Positions 37,134-51,155 of a DNA stretch of 64,000 bases are shown piece after piece. The translations under genes and the position numbers were made by a program. Under the pieces are notes generated by a model that was given only the letters and a program-made list of their open reading frames with translations, made no database searches and was not told the origin of the DNA. The DNA is from Podarcis erhardii (Eukaryota). The stretch lies in assembly GCA_964252035.1 (NCBI GenBank), contig OZ176201.1; one strand, 5' to 3'. Each line of letters begins with the position of its first letter. Positions within the stretch are counted from its first letter, which is position 1.

Positions 37134-40100
37134 AGAACTAACTCAGTTGGTCTTTAAGGTGCTACTGGAAGGAATTTTTTTATTTTGTTTTGACCATGGC
37201 AGACCAACACGGCTACCTATCTGTAATTATTATCTAGGTTTTGCTTAACTCTTTTGGCTTCGTTTGTGTCCCATTCAGCCAGTTCCTCGCTCTCCTTTTG
37301 TCTCATGCTTTTTGGAGCATGAGCCTGCTGGCTGGGACCTGCACTGTATATCCATGCATGGTGCTGGGTATATTTGGATGATTTTATAAATAATACATTA
37401 TGAGATTATGATATTTTAATCTGTGCTGGGGAAATAATGATTTTCCCAGAGGTAGTTAAGAAATGTGTTGCTGTTCACATAGCCATAGCCCCGGCAGATT
37501 AGGAAAAACAGATAATTTGGCTGCTTACTTAACAACTTGGGCCACTTCACACATGCATGTTTATAATTCATTGACTATAGCATCATGAGATGGCTTCCAT
37601 GTATAAATGAGCTATCACAGATTAATAGACACAGAGGGGATTTTTACAGCACCTGGTGTCACCTCGGATGAAATAAGTGTCTGTAGAGACCTATCATACA
37701 GTCAGCTGAGAGTAATAAGTAATCAAGTCAATAAGTGTAGGCTCGTGTGAAACAGCCGTTCTGAATACTTTTCAGGGTTTTTGCCCCACTGTTATTGTCC
37801 CATATATTGCAAGTTGCTAACTCTAACACTTTCATTAGAACTGTAACAACTTTTAGGAGTTCAGTCAAAGCAACAGCTGCTGAAATCTTCAGTAGCTCAG
37901 CTTTATTTTATTTTATTTTACAGTATACTAACCCAAAAGACCTCGAGCCACAAGAAAAGCTGTTTGTGAGAAATGACTTGATTTTTGAACATTTGGAGGA
38001 GATAGCACCCTTAACATTTTTACGACCCCTTCAAAACCTATTAGCATGAACAGAATACCTCCCTCTGTTGGTTTTACAAGCCTTTTTTTAAAAAATAGGC
38101 ATAATGCTGCAGGTAATTGTGTAGAAAAATATGCATATTAAATATTATGTTTACTGGCATATGTTACAGCATACGATAAGCATTCTCGTTCGGTAAGCAA
38201 TTTTACAGGGGCCTCAAGAATAAAACAGGAAATTAAAGGCAAACCACACTATAACCCACATTTTCAGTCTGTGGGGATTTTAATGGGACTGATTCCAAAG
38301 CTAACTAATGAGAAAATGAATTTCCGAGCACTCTGAAGAAGCATCCTGGACTCATGTGGCTGAATGGGAAACAATGTTCAACCTGGGAATTTAACCTATG
38401 CAGGGTTTCCTTGTCATTCACAGTGTATATTTTATTCAGTCAGCTTTGGAAATGTGCACACAGTCAGTGAGAATATTAAACACAGCATTTCCATGCAAGG
38501 TAACAGCATCCCACAAAGTGCATTAGCAAACCCTAGCAGATGAACAAGAACAAGCTTTCCTTCCATTAGGTTTGTCACACTGACAGTATTAAGCCATCCT
38601 GAGAGCTCCTCATAGTCTTGGGGATCAGCAATTGTTTTCTTTCCTGTAGGAACGTTTGCTGGTCTCTTACCATACTTGAATTATGGGGAATGAGATAGGG
38701 AGGCCTCAGCAAACTCCGCAAGTCCACTGCCCCCCCCCCAAGTATAGCTAAAACAAGGGGCCCCAGCCCCAGTCCCTAAGCAGTACCAGAGAATTCAAGT
38801 GGTTTGGCCCTCCTTTGGCCTCTTTAATAGTCAAGCATTCATCTAATAGGAGTTGTTCTTATGAACATCTGATAGCTAGTATTGTATCTTTGGTGGAAAC
38901 TGGTATTCATTATAAGATGCCATTCTAGATTACTGCGATTCCAAGGATTTCAGCTATCATTTTGTCATTAATAACCATCTAGATAAAGTGCTGAAGAGCA
39001 GAAAAAAGGTCTAGTTTCTACAGTATACCTTTGTTCACAGATCCTGGTCTTTTTCAGGCACACATTTGCATGGACAAAGAAGCTCCCCTTGACATGCATC
39101 TTTAGCTCTATGGATTGCTCATTGTTTTAATTTATTTCACAAATTTTTATTCTGCCCTTCAACACTCCTATTTTCAGGGTGAATTAACAATTGCAGACAA
39201 CAATAAAGAATTATACGGCAATAAAGGAAAATGAACACAAAGAAAAACAGCACATACAATTGCAGCATAAAAATCAGCATCACCAGAGATGAGATTCAAA
39301 GGCCGAAGCAAATAAGTGGCTCCTGAAAAGATATAGGATTGGGATGAGGCAAACATTTCTGGGTTCCACAGTTGTAGCCCAAGAGGTTTTCTGAAAGGTT
39401 GGGTATTGCTTTTGTGGTATCTGAACATGGCTTTGGACCAACTATTTGAGAGAAAGAGCTTCTTTGCATCTATTTGAGAGCTGTTGTGGAGGCACCTACA
39501 TCATTACAGGTTTGTGTTAAGAAGGTCTGCAGTGTGTGAGTTGGGAAATCATAGATCTAGAAGGTGACAGTATAGTTGCATAATTGTAGCAGAGCATCTT
39601 CCAGATGTCACCGTTATGGGAACTGTTGTGATCTCTTGCTTCTCAGGAAAGATGGAAGTTAACCATCAGCAAGCATTGTTGTACAAGTCACTAGGAAGCT
39701 CTGCATGCATTCCAAATATGTGTTCTAAATATGAACATGACATCCACATTTCTTGTGTGGCATGTTGTGTATGTTTAAATATGTCTTTACTATTCTTCTC
39801 CCAACCTCTGTACTAACACCTCACTTGGGTCGTTGTTGCTCCTCATATGTCAGTTGGCCATGAGTCAAGAAATTGCTTTTGCCTCTTTGGTTTCTGGATC
39901 ACATCTTCTAAACCAGCTCCCTGTCCTAGTCATATAATCTTGCTTTATGCCCCAACAGCTGGTGCTGTTACTCCTTCTGCTTTATTTCGACTAATAAAGC
40001 ATGCCACTCTCAGGGCTTAGCAGAGTCTTTCTTCTCCAGGTACTCCCCTTTTTAACAAAGCAATCTTGCATCGTCAACTCTGCACGTTCACTGCAGCTGG

Positions 40101-40442
40101 AAGCAGAAGCAGAAGCAACACTTTAGCCTGCCAACCGCACCTTTGTTCTTATAGCCTTGTGCTTCTCTTACATTAGGCAAAACATGGGAATTACCCTTTT
40201 CTTCTTGATTTATGCGATTTGTTTATTTTCTTAAAAATAGAAATCCAAATTCCTACATAAACACCTATGCTTGCAAGCCTCTTGAATGCACAACTGCATG
40301 TCAAATGGCAGCCTATATTAGTAAAAAGAATAAGTTATTACTGTGTCTTAATAGTCTTAATAGACACAATGTGCCAGGTAAATATGCTAAAAACAAGAAC
40401 AAATATTGGTGCTAGTTGGGGCAGCACACTTGCACAGCAGCT

Positions 40443-40565
40443 ACTGTGATGCAGTGATTAAAGTGCTGGACTAGGAAGACAGGGTTCAAATCTCTGGTGG
40501 CCCATAACCTTGAACCAGTCATCAACTTCCAACATATCCTACCTTACAAGGTTGTTGTGAGGCTG

Positions 40566-40622
<57 letters not shown>

Positions 40623-40685
40623 TGTACACCACCTGAAGCTCTTTGGAAGAGAAGTGGAATATAAATGCAATAATAAACAAATGAA
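40443..40685 (+). mobile_element. Old tRNA-derived SINE with internal (AG)n at 40569-40619
   Basis: A/B-box-like GTGATGCAGTGATTAAAGTGCTGGACT...GGGTTCAAATC and core GGTTGTTGTGAGG. Confidence 0.7.
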
Positions 40686-41691
40686 ATGATCCAAACTGGA
40701 GCCCTGTTGTTAGTGCAGCACAATGGCAGAATCCAATGGGTGCCTTGCATTTGTAGAATATGTTATGCAACCGTCCAGTGCAACTATTCAGGGACACTTA
40801 AGCTTTGTGCCCTGCTTCTCGTACAGCTACTTCAGCAACAATGTCAGCAGCCACATTTCATATGGTATTCTTACGTTGGATCTCTCCCTGTAAAGACTGG
40901 CTTCACAGAAGCACTTTTCTTGGCTTGCCTTCTGTGCCTTGATGAGCAGCTTCATGACAGAACAAAATTCAACGGGATGTGGTTTCCCAGAGCTGCACTT
41001 GCATTTGTGGAACTGTTGCAGCTGTTGTTGTATTCTGCCTGCTGGAACCCTGCCAGCAGTCCCTACCCTTATGTTGTTGGCAAGGTCTTAGGCAAGGCCT
41101 ATGAAGTTCATATAGGGGTTATTTGACATTTGAGAAACTGGTCTACTTCAGCCTATGGCCTGCCCCAAAGAGGGGGGACATAGTGATGTGATAGTTCTAC
41201 CCTAGGTATTTTGGATCCTAGGTTGAAAGATTACCCCTCTGCATTCCAATTTGTCACAGGCTGCCATAGCAACTAGTTCACACAGTGATATTTACTCTAT
41301 AGGTCAGGAGAGCATTCAGAACACCAAGTCATTATTAGCATGATCTTCTCTGTGAAAATAGGGAGTATTTTTTTAAAAAAAAATTAAGGCAACATGATGC
41401 TGGATCATTTGTGTACAATATCAAATACATTTAAGCCACTGTCTCATAGTCAGACTAAGGATTGCTTTGAAAACAGAAGGGTAGCATGACTAGCAGAGAC
41501 CATCTTGCCGTCTCTGGAGCAGATTGCGTCTTACGCTAAACACCCTCTTTGTACTTTACTTCTGTCAAGTGCAGCAAAAACAGTGACCAGCCTATCTACT
41601 CTTTGTATGAAATATGTAGTAGTTCACTTATTGGTTTTAACTGGTTGCCATTACTTTGATATTTAACCCCTCTAGTCCTGAAAATATAAGG

Positions 41692-41823
41692 TGAGGATAG
41701 GGAACTTTGGCCTTCCAGGTGTTGTTGGACTCCAACTTGCAGCAACCCCAGTTAGCAAGGCCAACAGTCAGGGATGGTGGGAGTCCAACCACATCTAGAA
41801 GGCAACAGGTTTCCCACAACTGG
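41692..41823. mobile_element. Decayed palindromic hAT-like MITE
   Basis: GGAACTTTGGCCTTCCAGGTGTTGTTGGACTCCAAC...; family of 49373-49508. Confidence 0.65.
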
Positions 41824-43719
41824 TTTAAATTGTCTTATAATGTATAACACCAAAGCAGGAGGGAAGAAAAAACCCAAACAAAAAACACTGGAATGGGGTC
41901 ATAAAAGAGGGAAGGAAATGGGAGATAATCCTACAAATGCTAACTTTTCAAGAAATGACCAAACAGTCTGGGGCCTGACATTGTTATTAAAAATACAGGG
42001 AGGAAAACAATTTATAGTTTATAATGGACTCTATAAACTGACTTAACTAAAAGACCTCCAATTTAAATTGCTAATCTTAAATTGATAGCAAATGCATTAG
42101 CAATAGCGTGGACCATGATTGCTTCCAGTAAAAAGAATCATCAAATGTCTATCAAAATAGAATCTGAAATGAACTTGAAATAGTTAAATTGACCTATATG
42201 GGAAACACAGAAGGGCAAATTCTTTTTATGTGAAATGGGTTATCTTTGTTAAGTACATGAATCAGTTCCTTAAATGCCAAGATGTTTCTTTGAGATCTTT
42301 CTCTATCTAAAAAAAAAAAGCATTACAGTATTCCATCAACCTAATTCAATTTTTTAAATAAAAGAAATAACAAAATGCTATTTTGCTGTCATCAGAAAGC
42401 TGCTATTGTGACAGCATTCAGATGCACAAGTTCCAGTGAAAAGCTGAGTGTGCAGGCTCCAACACTTTCATTAAAAATTGCTAATGTTTTTAGAAGGTTG
42501 TTCTACATTCCATTCAAGGACAACTAGATTTTTCTATTTTACAGCTTAATCTGGAGGCCCTCAGAGATAGGTTTGGTAGTTTTTGCACATGGAATCTGCC
42601 GACTTGTGCTACCAAATCATATGGTTATGCAAACCTCTCATGTAATACTTTTGTTCCCTGTCTTCCCACTGGCCTAGATACCTAAGCATTGTGGGTATTA
42701 CAGAGGTGTACTGAGGTTTTATTTTCTAATAACTGGGCATCAATATTAGATGAACCTACACAACAAAGATGATTTTTGTTCCTTTTTTTAAGAAAAAAGG
42801 AAAACACCAACATTTCCTGGAAATTATTCAGACCTCAGGCCATGAGAAGGTGCCAACACAGAGCTCCGTGACCCAAAAGAAAATCATTTAACCTTACTGT
42901 GTTTGGTGAACTTTGGAGACTGCATCATTCCCAAAAGATGGAAGCAAAGCTCTGTGCTGCCTTAACCCTCATCAAGTTAGTTCCTTTAATTAGCATCTCT
43001 TGCAGTGGCTCCAGGTGGGTCAAGGACAAAATGGCAGGACTTCAAGATTTGAGATTCATGCTGTGTAAACAGTAAAAGGTGCTGCTGAGACTGCATAAGA
43101 AACGTGGGATTTCTCTACAGAACGGAGGGGTTACTACCCTGGAACAAATGAAAATGAAGCATTGTAATATAGGAAGTTTTCATTAGAACAGATTAGCGAA
43201 AACAATCCGTTTTATTTTCTTAAAATTGAATGGATTGGTTCACATTTTGCATTGGCACAAACACATCAAAACAAAAAGGACAACTGGGCCTCAGGCTAAG
43301 CTTTGTTGCTGAATTTGACAATATGGTATAGCTATGAGTGTGTTAAAATAGTCCAACAATAAATAGGTTTTCATTTCCACCTTCACTTTCATTTCCACCT
43401 TCACTTTCCACCTTCACTTGCAACATTAGGCAGCCAAGATGCTATCAGACTTCAGAGGAGGCACATGCCAAGCATTTATTGCAGCTGGCACAACATGGTA
43501 TCTCTGCCACACTGGAGTCCCATTGAGTTTAATGGAGCTCCAGGATGCATTCAGACATGGAGTTTATTGCATTAGCTTTACTGGCTGTAGTGCTAACACT
43601 TCTTTCCTGGTTTCTTATGTTCCTTTTAAACTGCATTACATGCTGCATTGTGAAACACCGAGTTTTTGATCAATACACCACCATGTCATGATGTGACACA
43701 ATAGCAGATGTCATTAGAT

Positions 43720-43809
43720 CATAGCTGTCAACTTTTCCCTTTTCTTACGAGGAATCCTATTCGGAATAAGGGAATTTCCCTTAAAAAAAGGAAAACGTTG
43801 ACAGCTATG
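43720..43809. mobile_element. 90-bp MITE
   Basis: Perfect 13-bp TIRs CATAGCTGTCAAC / GTTGACAGCTATG, continuing imperfectly inward. Confidence 0.8.
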
Positions 43810-44769
43810 TATTGGATATGTCACCACTCTTTGTGCACATGCATGATTTTGTTCCCATGAAAATGGCTCAAAGAACTGTATGCCAGAATATCACCCCTTG
43901 GCACAGAAGAGGCTTGTGGGCAGAAGGGCTAGTTAGAGTTGAAGCTTGTGGGAGCCACTACATAACTCTGCTTTCCATGGGGGTAAGACAAGGTCAGTGA
44001 TGAAACTTTCCACTGAGTTTAGGGAAGTGATCACACATTTGTCTGAATTGTGGTCACTCTTTTGAAAAATCTGCAAAAGGCTGGCCTGCTCTCCTTGCAC
44101 AATGGACAAAGGCATCAGTGTGTCCTAAGGCCAGTGGAGAGATTGAAATTGACCTGAAATTTGGCCATGCTAATTTGTCTATAATTAACATAGCATGATG
44201 CAGCAGCTGGGTTTGGCAGAGTCTATCACTGTGTGTGCGTTCACACTAGCCGAAGCTAGTCAAAAATTACAAAGTAATTAACACTGCATAATAAGGCACA
44301 TCCCTGGGTAAACACAGAGTGGACAGTTACAGTTCTGTTCCATTTTAGAATACCCAATTTGCATAATTTTGTCATGCACTCTTTGTTTGATTATGTTCAT
44401 TGTGATACAGTTTCAATTTTTCATTGGGAAACCATCTCAGCTGTGGAAAATACGGATTGGAATGGGCTTAGAGCTCACATTTCCTAGGTCGTGATGATTA
44501 CATTTGCGGGGGAGAATGAGGATGAATGGGTGTTCTAATAGAATCCCGCTGCATCACCCAGTTTGTGTGAAGATGTAAAACAAAGGTGGGAATTGCCAGC
44601 TGAGTGCACATTGCCACATGTCCTGTTGCCTCTTCTCCTCAGCCCCACCACGTCCCTCTTGGCCCCAAGGCATATTACTCACTGCCTTCTCCCCACTGCC
44701 CCACAATCTGCCTGCTGCTGCCTTGAAGTTTCTCGACTTCCAAAGCTTTCCCCATCTTTCATGACATAT

Positions 44770-44850
44770 GAAAGGAAGTGCTTCTTCATTCAGCGCATTG
44801 TGAACACTGTGCAACTCGCTTCCACAAGAGGCAGTGATGGCCACTGTATT
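44770..44850 (+). mobile_element. CR1 ORF2 3' fragment
   Basis: AGGAAGTGCTTCTTCATTCAGCGCATTGTGAAC...CAAGAGGCAGTGATGGCCAC. Confidence 0.75.
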
Positions 44851-45113
44851 TATTTCCAGTCGCATGAAAGAACATAAATGCTCTGACTTTCCAGGTTGCT
44901 TGATCTACAACAGATGTTTTGCACATGCTTGCCGATCATCACTTGATGTTACCAGGAGCTGTGGAGTGATGCCATGTTGCAGCTTTCCTGACAGTGCTGT
45001 CACTGCTCCTTACCAGGGCAGGGTGGCAGTGAGACTGGAGCGCTGTAGGTGCACCAGCAGGAATGCAGGAGTGCTGGTGCACTGCAACAGCCCCAAGCTT
45101 GCTGCCACCCCAG

Positions 45114-45154
45114 CTAGTGATAAAGCGGGATATCAAATCCAAACTCTTCTTCTT
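45114..45154 (+). mobile_element. 3'-terminal stub of the Squam3-like SINE or its partner LINE
   Basis: TAGTGATAAAGCGGGATATCAAATCCAAACTCTTCTTCTTC matches the 3' end of 18268-18504. Confidence 0.75.
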
Positions 45155-48100
45155 CTCATTCCTTGCAAGGCGAATGATGTCACTGTTCAGGGGGCCTCAT
45201 TCTACCATGCCAGATGCTCCTAGATGGTAGAGTTCTCAAGTGATGAACATACATTACTTGTGACTTCATCTGCAGTATGGTGAAAGCAATAGTGTAGACA
45301 TTTCTCTTGGAATATGCAAGAACCTACTCCTCACCTATTTCATATTGCCTTTTGGCTAGTCAGTGCCCATTGTTGAGTTCTCCAGCTTGATCCTTCCATG
45401 GGACTCAAAAAGCCCTGGCATCTGGTTCCGGATACATCCCAGTTGTTTACCCAGACCCACTGGACTGGGCAAACAGTGTCATCCACCCCTTGTCATAATA
45501 TGCAACATGCAAATAAATTCCGCATAGATAGCAGAAATACTGATGTTAACATACAGCTATGTATCCTAACTAAGCCTCTGAAATGCTGCAGTTTAATGCT
45601 GAAAAGCAAACCTCCTTTTCATGGCATATTTATTTGAACACATCTAGAGTCATTAGCAAACTTAACAAAGGGGCCCTGTGATTTTGCAACTGGGGGTATA
45701 GTTAACATTTTCTCCTACCACTTTTTCATCCTGTCCCTTCTAACAAGTCATTAAATTTATTAAGCGACTCCTTCAGTGGACTCTTTTCACTTCTAAAAAT
45801 GACCAGATCATCAGGATAGAACATATATCTAGGTTCAGTCCCTCTTTCCTTATCTCTCCTGACAAACCACTCTCCTTCACAGTTTTATCTCTATAATTGA
45901 TGAACTGCGTATGACATAATTTACAATCCTGTCAAGCCACCTTCGAAACCGCACACCAGCTCTTGCCAGACAGACTTTCCTCTGAGCTCAGCTTGCTCAA
46001 AGCCCCAATTTTATCCCCATCAGCACTATTCCCACCCCCCACACACCCCACACACATGCAAGGCAAACACAATAATTTTGGGAATCTCATTTCAAAAGAG
46101 AAAGAAAAATTAAATTTCTGTGCCATTCCTCCATCACCTGAAATATTAATAATCTGGGGCTAGCTGATTCTTTTCACCCAAAACACCTGGATATATCAGT
46201 TCACAGACTTCGATGTGAAAGTCCAGAACCAAGATGTGGCAGCTGTTTGAAGACTGGAAGAGTCAAACTTGGGGGGCAGCAGGATTCTACAGCCATAAGA
46301 AATTTTTCTTTCCTAACACTGAGTTTACAGACAATCTCAAAGACTTAAGGGGAATAGGGGGTGGAGGAGACACAGAAGGGACAGCATTGAATGGACACAA
46401 ATGGCCATAATTATTGTCTGTGTCATCCCATCATAAAGACAGAAAATCAGTAGGTTGACCCTTTGCAGCCTAAGCCTAAGAGTGTAGTGAGAAAGCTAAT
46501 AGGGTCGCACTTCCTGCTGGAGCAAAGCCAAAGGAAGAGGGGAAGCAGAAAGCTGCATCACTGTGCTCTTAGCCACAGCCAGCAGCAGGTCTCAATATAG
46601 TTATTTACACATGCACCAGAGGAATATTTCCTATTTCACTGAGAAATGATGCTAATACTTGATTTCTTCTTCTGCAAGTTTCAAAAAAAGGGATCTGGGT
46701 AAATTCTGTCATAATTCCAACATTATGTCTATTTCCTTGGGTCCTATTTTGGGCTTTTGGCATGCTTTTATGGTTTGTTTGTGGACTCACTCTGAGTTGT
46801 CTGAAGAGCCTTTATTTTTTGCACAAGCAGTATTCCTTGACCTGACTTAAACTGAACTCTCAAAGGTTTTGTATGCCTTTCAATTTCATTCAGATCATTC
46901 CTATTAAGATTATTTTTCTCCTACAGTAGGCAATATCTTGGGACGAAGAGACAGATATTCTTTTAATTATTGCATATCTTGCAGCTTGGGAGAAGATTTT
47001 CAGCGGGACAGTACCATGACCTGCAGGCATGAAGCGAGTGCTACTGTTCTGTCTGTCAAAGCACAGAAAATCTACCCTGCCATGTCTCTGAGCCTTAAAA
47101 GACAAAAGCTTGTCAGCATGGGCTAAAAGGGAACATATCTCATAGGAGATGGCATGGTTCTATTTTGATTAAACGCAGGGATGGGTGGGCAGAAACCTTT
47201 ATATATGTTTCAAAGAGCATCTAATTGTCAAAAATGTCACTTTGCAGCATCCTATAGTCTCATCTTCTCTGTGCTTCTCCCTATATCCAATGCCATTAAA
47301 ATGAGCAAAGAAAAGCCGGGATATAATTGCCTTTTTTAACATTTGAACTTCCTTGCCTATTGCTTTTGAAGTCAGCAGGTCCATGAACATTGCTAAAAAT
47401 AGGATGTCCAAAAGAACCCAGAAAACAATTATATAGGCATGGTATTGAACATTTACTGTTCTTGAGTAAATTGGACATTGCTTATAACTTTAATAGGATT
47501 GTGTTAAATGCATGAAAAGTGCATCACTTTGCCAGCTACTAAGTCCACATAAAGACATGACTTGAAAACATAAGTGGACTGCCAATATACTAAATGACAA
47601 GCTATATGAGACAGAACAAAAAGGATCAGAAAGGGCTGGGTGAAGTCCTTCACAGTTTTGTAGCAGGCATTGCTTCCTCTGATAGTTATATTTGCATCCA
47701 GCGTGAACACAGCTCTTATTAGAGGTAGCTTATGGAGGAAGTATGCCTGTTCTGCATGGAACTGGGTCCTGTAGAGATTCTCCCAGCCTTGTTCCTGAGA
47801 GGTTCTGAGCTGGGCTTAGTAGTCTCTTTCAAGTGAACTGAGAAGTCTTTTGTTGAGGACTTTGTGTCTGCTTCTATGCTGAAGTTCAAATGGCTCTAAA
47901 AGGAAGGAGCACTCTGGCCTTAGTGCATACACTATGATGATGGTGATGACGGCTTGTCTTCTGGCCCATTAGTTGTCAAAAAGATGCAGAGATGAGGTGC
48001 ACGGAGAGCAGGATTCACACCTATCAAAGAACACAATTCACAGGCATCATTGATGCCTAGATGATTGGGAATCAACCTTGTCTTTGGCAGGTTTTTCCCT

Positions 48101-49372
48101 GTGCCTGCACTCCAGAAAGTAATACCCTTTCCCTTGGTATCCCCCATCTCTTCTTCAGCTACAGAGCTTCCATGTCCTGACAAGGCTGAGCCCACAAAGG
48201 AGTTTGGAGGAAGCAGGTCTGGGAAAAGCTACTAGAACAGGAAATGGACAGCCAAGGACTATTTATCTTCTCAAAGGTGAGGACTGTAATTAAAGGTCAG
48301 AGGCAGGTCCTCCAAGACCCTGGTCAGATCCCAGGGAGCAGACAGCTTGTTATAGCCCCCTTGCTGGGGAATTGAGAGCCTTCAACACGGTCCTCTGACT
48401 TGGAGCCAGCCACCTCATTACCTCTTCATTATCTGTTGCTGGGTATGCTGGCTGCCAGCCAGGGTTAATGGTCTTTGTGCAAGGCCCTTGGAGATAATGA
48501 AGTTTGGGTAGTTTGCTCAGGGACTGAAGTCAGCAGGGGTTTCAGCTCAGGAGGCCCTTCATTTATGGATCTGGGACCTTACTGTCTCACTGCCTTTGTG
48601 CTTTGCACAACTGCCTCCCCATCCCCACCTTTCAGCTGGCCCCTTTCCCTACGATTTAGTGTTCAAGTCACTGCTGGTAAACTAAGATGACACCAAAGAA
48701 AAGAGAACTTTGGTTATGTTACCTCCTGGACACCTTGTGGCACCCATCTCTGCCACTCCAGATTCAGGGTTCTGGCTAATATGACACCATGGACCAGATT
48801 TTAACAATATTTTGCATGTAAATCCTGTAACCTGTAATCATCTGTGTCTCTCTCTCTCGGGAAAGACATCCCGTGCACTTTGCAATATAAGCCAAAATAA
48901 GCACCTTGGGACACAAGTCAGTAATAGTTTTACTCGCTTAAAGAATCATTGCCTTGTTTTCTCTTATGTTCAAGTGGAGTCTTCAGACCAGAGTTCAGAT
49001 TTAATTTGTGCTGTTCCCAGTCCCATATGGTTGTTGCTCCTGGTGTGTAAAATTGCACTTTAGTGTGACCCAATCAACACTGCTGTCAATAAGAAGGCAG
49101 CAACTGATGAACACTCAATGAATCACTAAAGGAAAGCATTTATTCATTTCAATATATTGTTTGTTACATTTATTGAGGAGGCAAGTATGACAATCCCTAT
49201 GCAGCTTAAGAACATTAATCTCATTTTTTTGTCAGAGACATTTAAGTTTGAATGGTTTTGCACTCCAGATTCTAAGGTCTAGGATTAAAATTCTCAAAAG
49301 AAGAGGAAGGAAATATACTCTTTCAAGTCGAGCCAGTGAAAAATCTAACCTGTTCTACTCATTTATCTGATG

Positions 49373-49508
49373 CAGACATAGGCAAACTAGGCCCTCCAGA
49401 TGTTCTGGAACTACAACTCCCATCATCCCTAGCTAACAGGACCAGTGGTCAGGGATGATGGGAATTGCAGTCTCCAAACATCTGGACGGCCAAGTTTGCC
49501 TATGCCTG
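49373..49508. mobile_element. Palindromic hAT MITE
   Basis: Ends CAGACATAGGCAAACT / AGTTTGCCTATGCCTG; perfect 8-bp TSD ATCTGATG at 49365-49372 and 49509-49516. Confidence 0.92.
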
Positions 49509-50479
49509 ATCTGATGTATGATAAATATTGCAAAATTCAGCTAATTATGGGGAAAGGGGCATTCTCCTAGTGTCCTCTTTGGTTGAATATCAAACATTCT
49601 CCATGACTGCTTCATAAATCATGAAATCATTTATTGCAAACTTCCCATATCATGGCCAAATGGTGACATATGTGCTCGAGTTATGTGCAATCATTTTTTC
49701 GTCCCCTTTAGACTGATTGGAATCCTAGATTTTTAAAACCCTTGGCCAGATGACTGCATCTGTATAGGGGGGGGAATGAGTTTGCAACAAGTTGTGCTTG
49801 CAAGGAACAGTAGGTAGCATGTACAGTTGCTTCCCCAGGAACTGTGAGGTGGGTCGCAAAACTGAAGGGACACCTGAAGACTCACTCTTGGACTCGTGGG
49901 TTAATACACACCAGGAAAGAAGGCCATAGTTTGCATGTGTTAACAATTTTTAAAATATTTTACAACAAATATATACAAATATGTATGCATGCACATAAAC
50001 TACAAAACAAATGAATTAGCCTTAAATTTATGAATGACTGGTATCTTTGGAAATTAGCCTTTTTCACACATTATGCTCCATCATGTACTCACTGAATGCC
50101 TGAACAGAGCCTCCTGGGACCCTAGCATATGAAGACTCTGTTCAGGTGTTCACTGAATGTGCAAACACCAGAAGTTTGTTTGTTTCAGTTATAGATAGAT
50201 AGATACTGCTTTTTTTCTTTAAAAAACTGTTTAGGGGTGCTCTCATTTTCCTACTCACATTGCAGTACTGCCCTCAATGAGGCCAAACTTAGATTCACAA
50301 AATGTTCAGGGGCATGCGTAACTCTGTGTCCCCCCCCCAGAAAAAAAGCACTGGATATAGATATATTTAATTTCTATACTGCCCTTCATCTGAGGATCAC
50401 AAGGCAGTTTACAACATAAAAACACAAAAATACATCACACAGAAACAGACAAAAACAATAACTTCCCCCCACAGTATTT

Positions 50480-50910
50480 ATTTGTTTCACATATATTGCT
50501 TAATCACGAAATTTTCTAAGCAACGTACATAAAAAATAATTGAATAAAATCAATTCTAACAAGTGATAAGAAACTTCCTTAAAATGCTTGCTGTAATAGA
50601 AGGAATAGAAGGTCAAACACCTGAACTTCAACAGGGAGGGGGCCCTGCCTGATGTTACCCAGGAGGGAGTTCCACAGAATCAGGCTCGCAATAGTGAATG
50701 CATGGCTTCTGGTAGATGCGTTTGAGCCATGGCGGGACCATTAACAGAGTTTCCCCATAAGATCTCAATGATGGGCAGGGATCTAAGGTATCAGACTGTT
50801 TTTAAGCTATCCTGGACCCAAGTTGTTAAATACTTTCTATATTAGCACCCAAACCTTGAACTTGGCCCAGTAACATATGGGCAGCCAGTGCAAGCTTTTA
50901 AGAACTGGCT
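50480..50910 (-). mobile_element. Old L2 3' fragment
   Basis: GGGAGTTCCACAG...AGCACCCAAACCTTGAACTTGGCCCAG...GGCAGCCAGTGCA is the reverse complement of the L2 ORF2 end. Confidence 0.7.
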
Positions 50911-51027
50911 TAAATCCTGACTTTCATAGTAATGCAAGTTATTGTGGTGCTAGAAGAAAGCAGGCAACCCCATAGACCAAAATGAATGGATTTGCGCTAT
51001 CTATGGCTTTGACATAAAAACTAAAAG

Positions 51028-51155
51028 ATATCCAAGTTGGGTGGACATGCTAGTCTGTTACAACAAACACAAAAAAGTCTTGTGACACCTTAAAGACTTG
51101 CACATTTATTATAGCATCAACTTTCATGGGTTAGAGTACAATTTATCAGATGCAT
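51028..51155 (-). mobile_element. Older PLE-derived short element with decayed hammerhead motif
   Basis: Minus strand: GCAT-CTGATAA...CCAT-GAAA-GTTG-ATGC...GTCTTTAAGGTGTCAC...CAGACTAGCATG, collinear with the 5731 and 36705 unit. Confidence 0.65.

Larger units (their letters stand above)
36705..37224 (+). mobile_element. Penelope-like-derived short element: inverted pair with a repeat-filled junction
   Basis: 13-bp TSD AATTATTATCTAG at 36692-36704 and 37225-37237. Inverted arm 36705-36796, sense arm 37092-37224. Same subfamily as 5731-6071. Confidence 0.88.
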
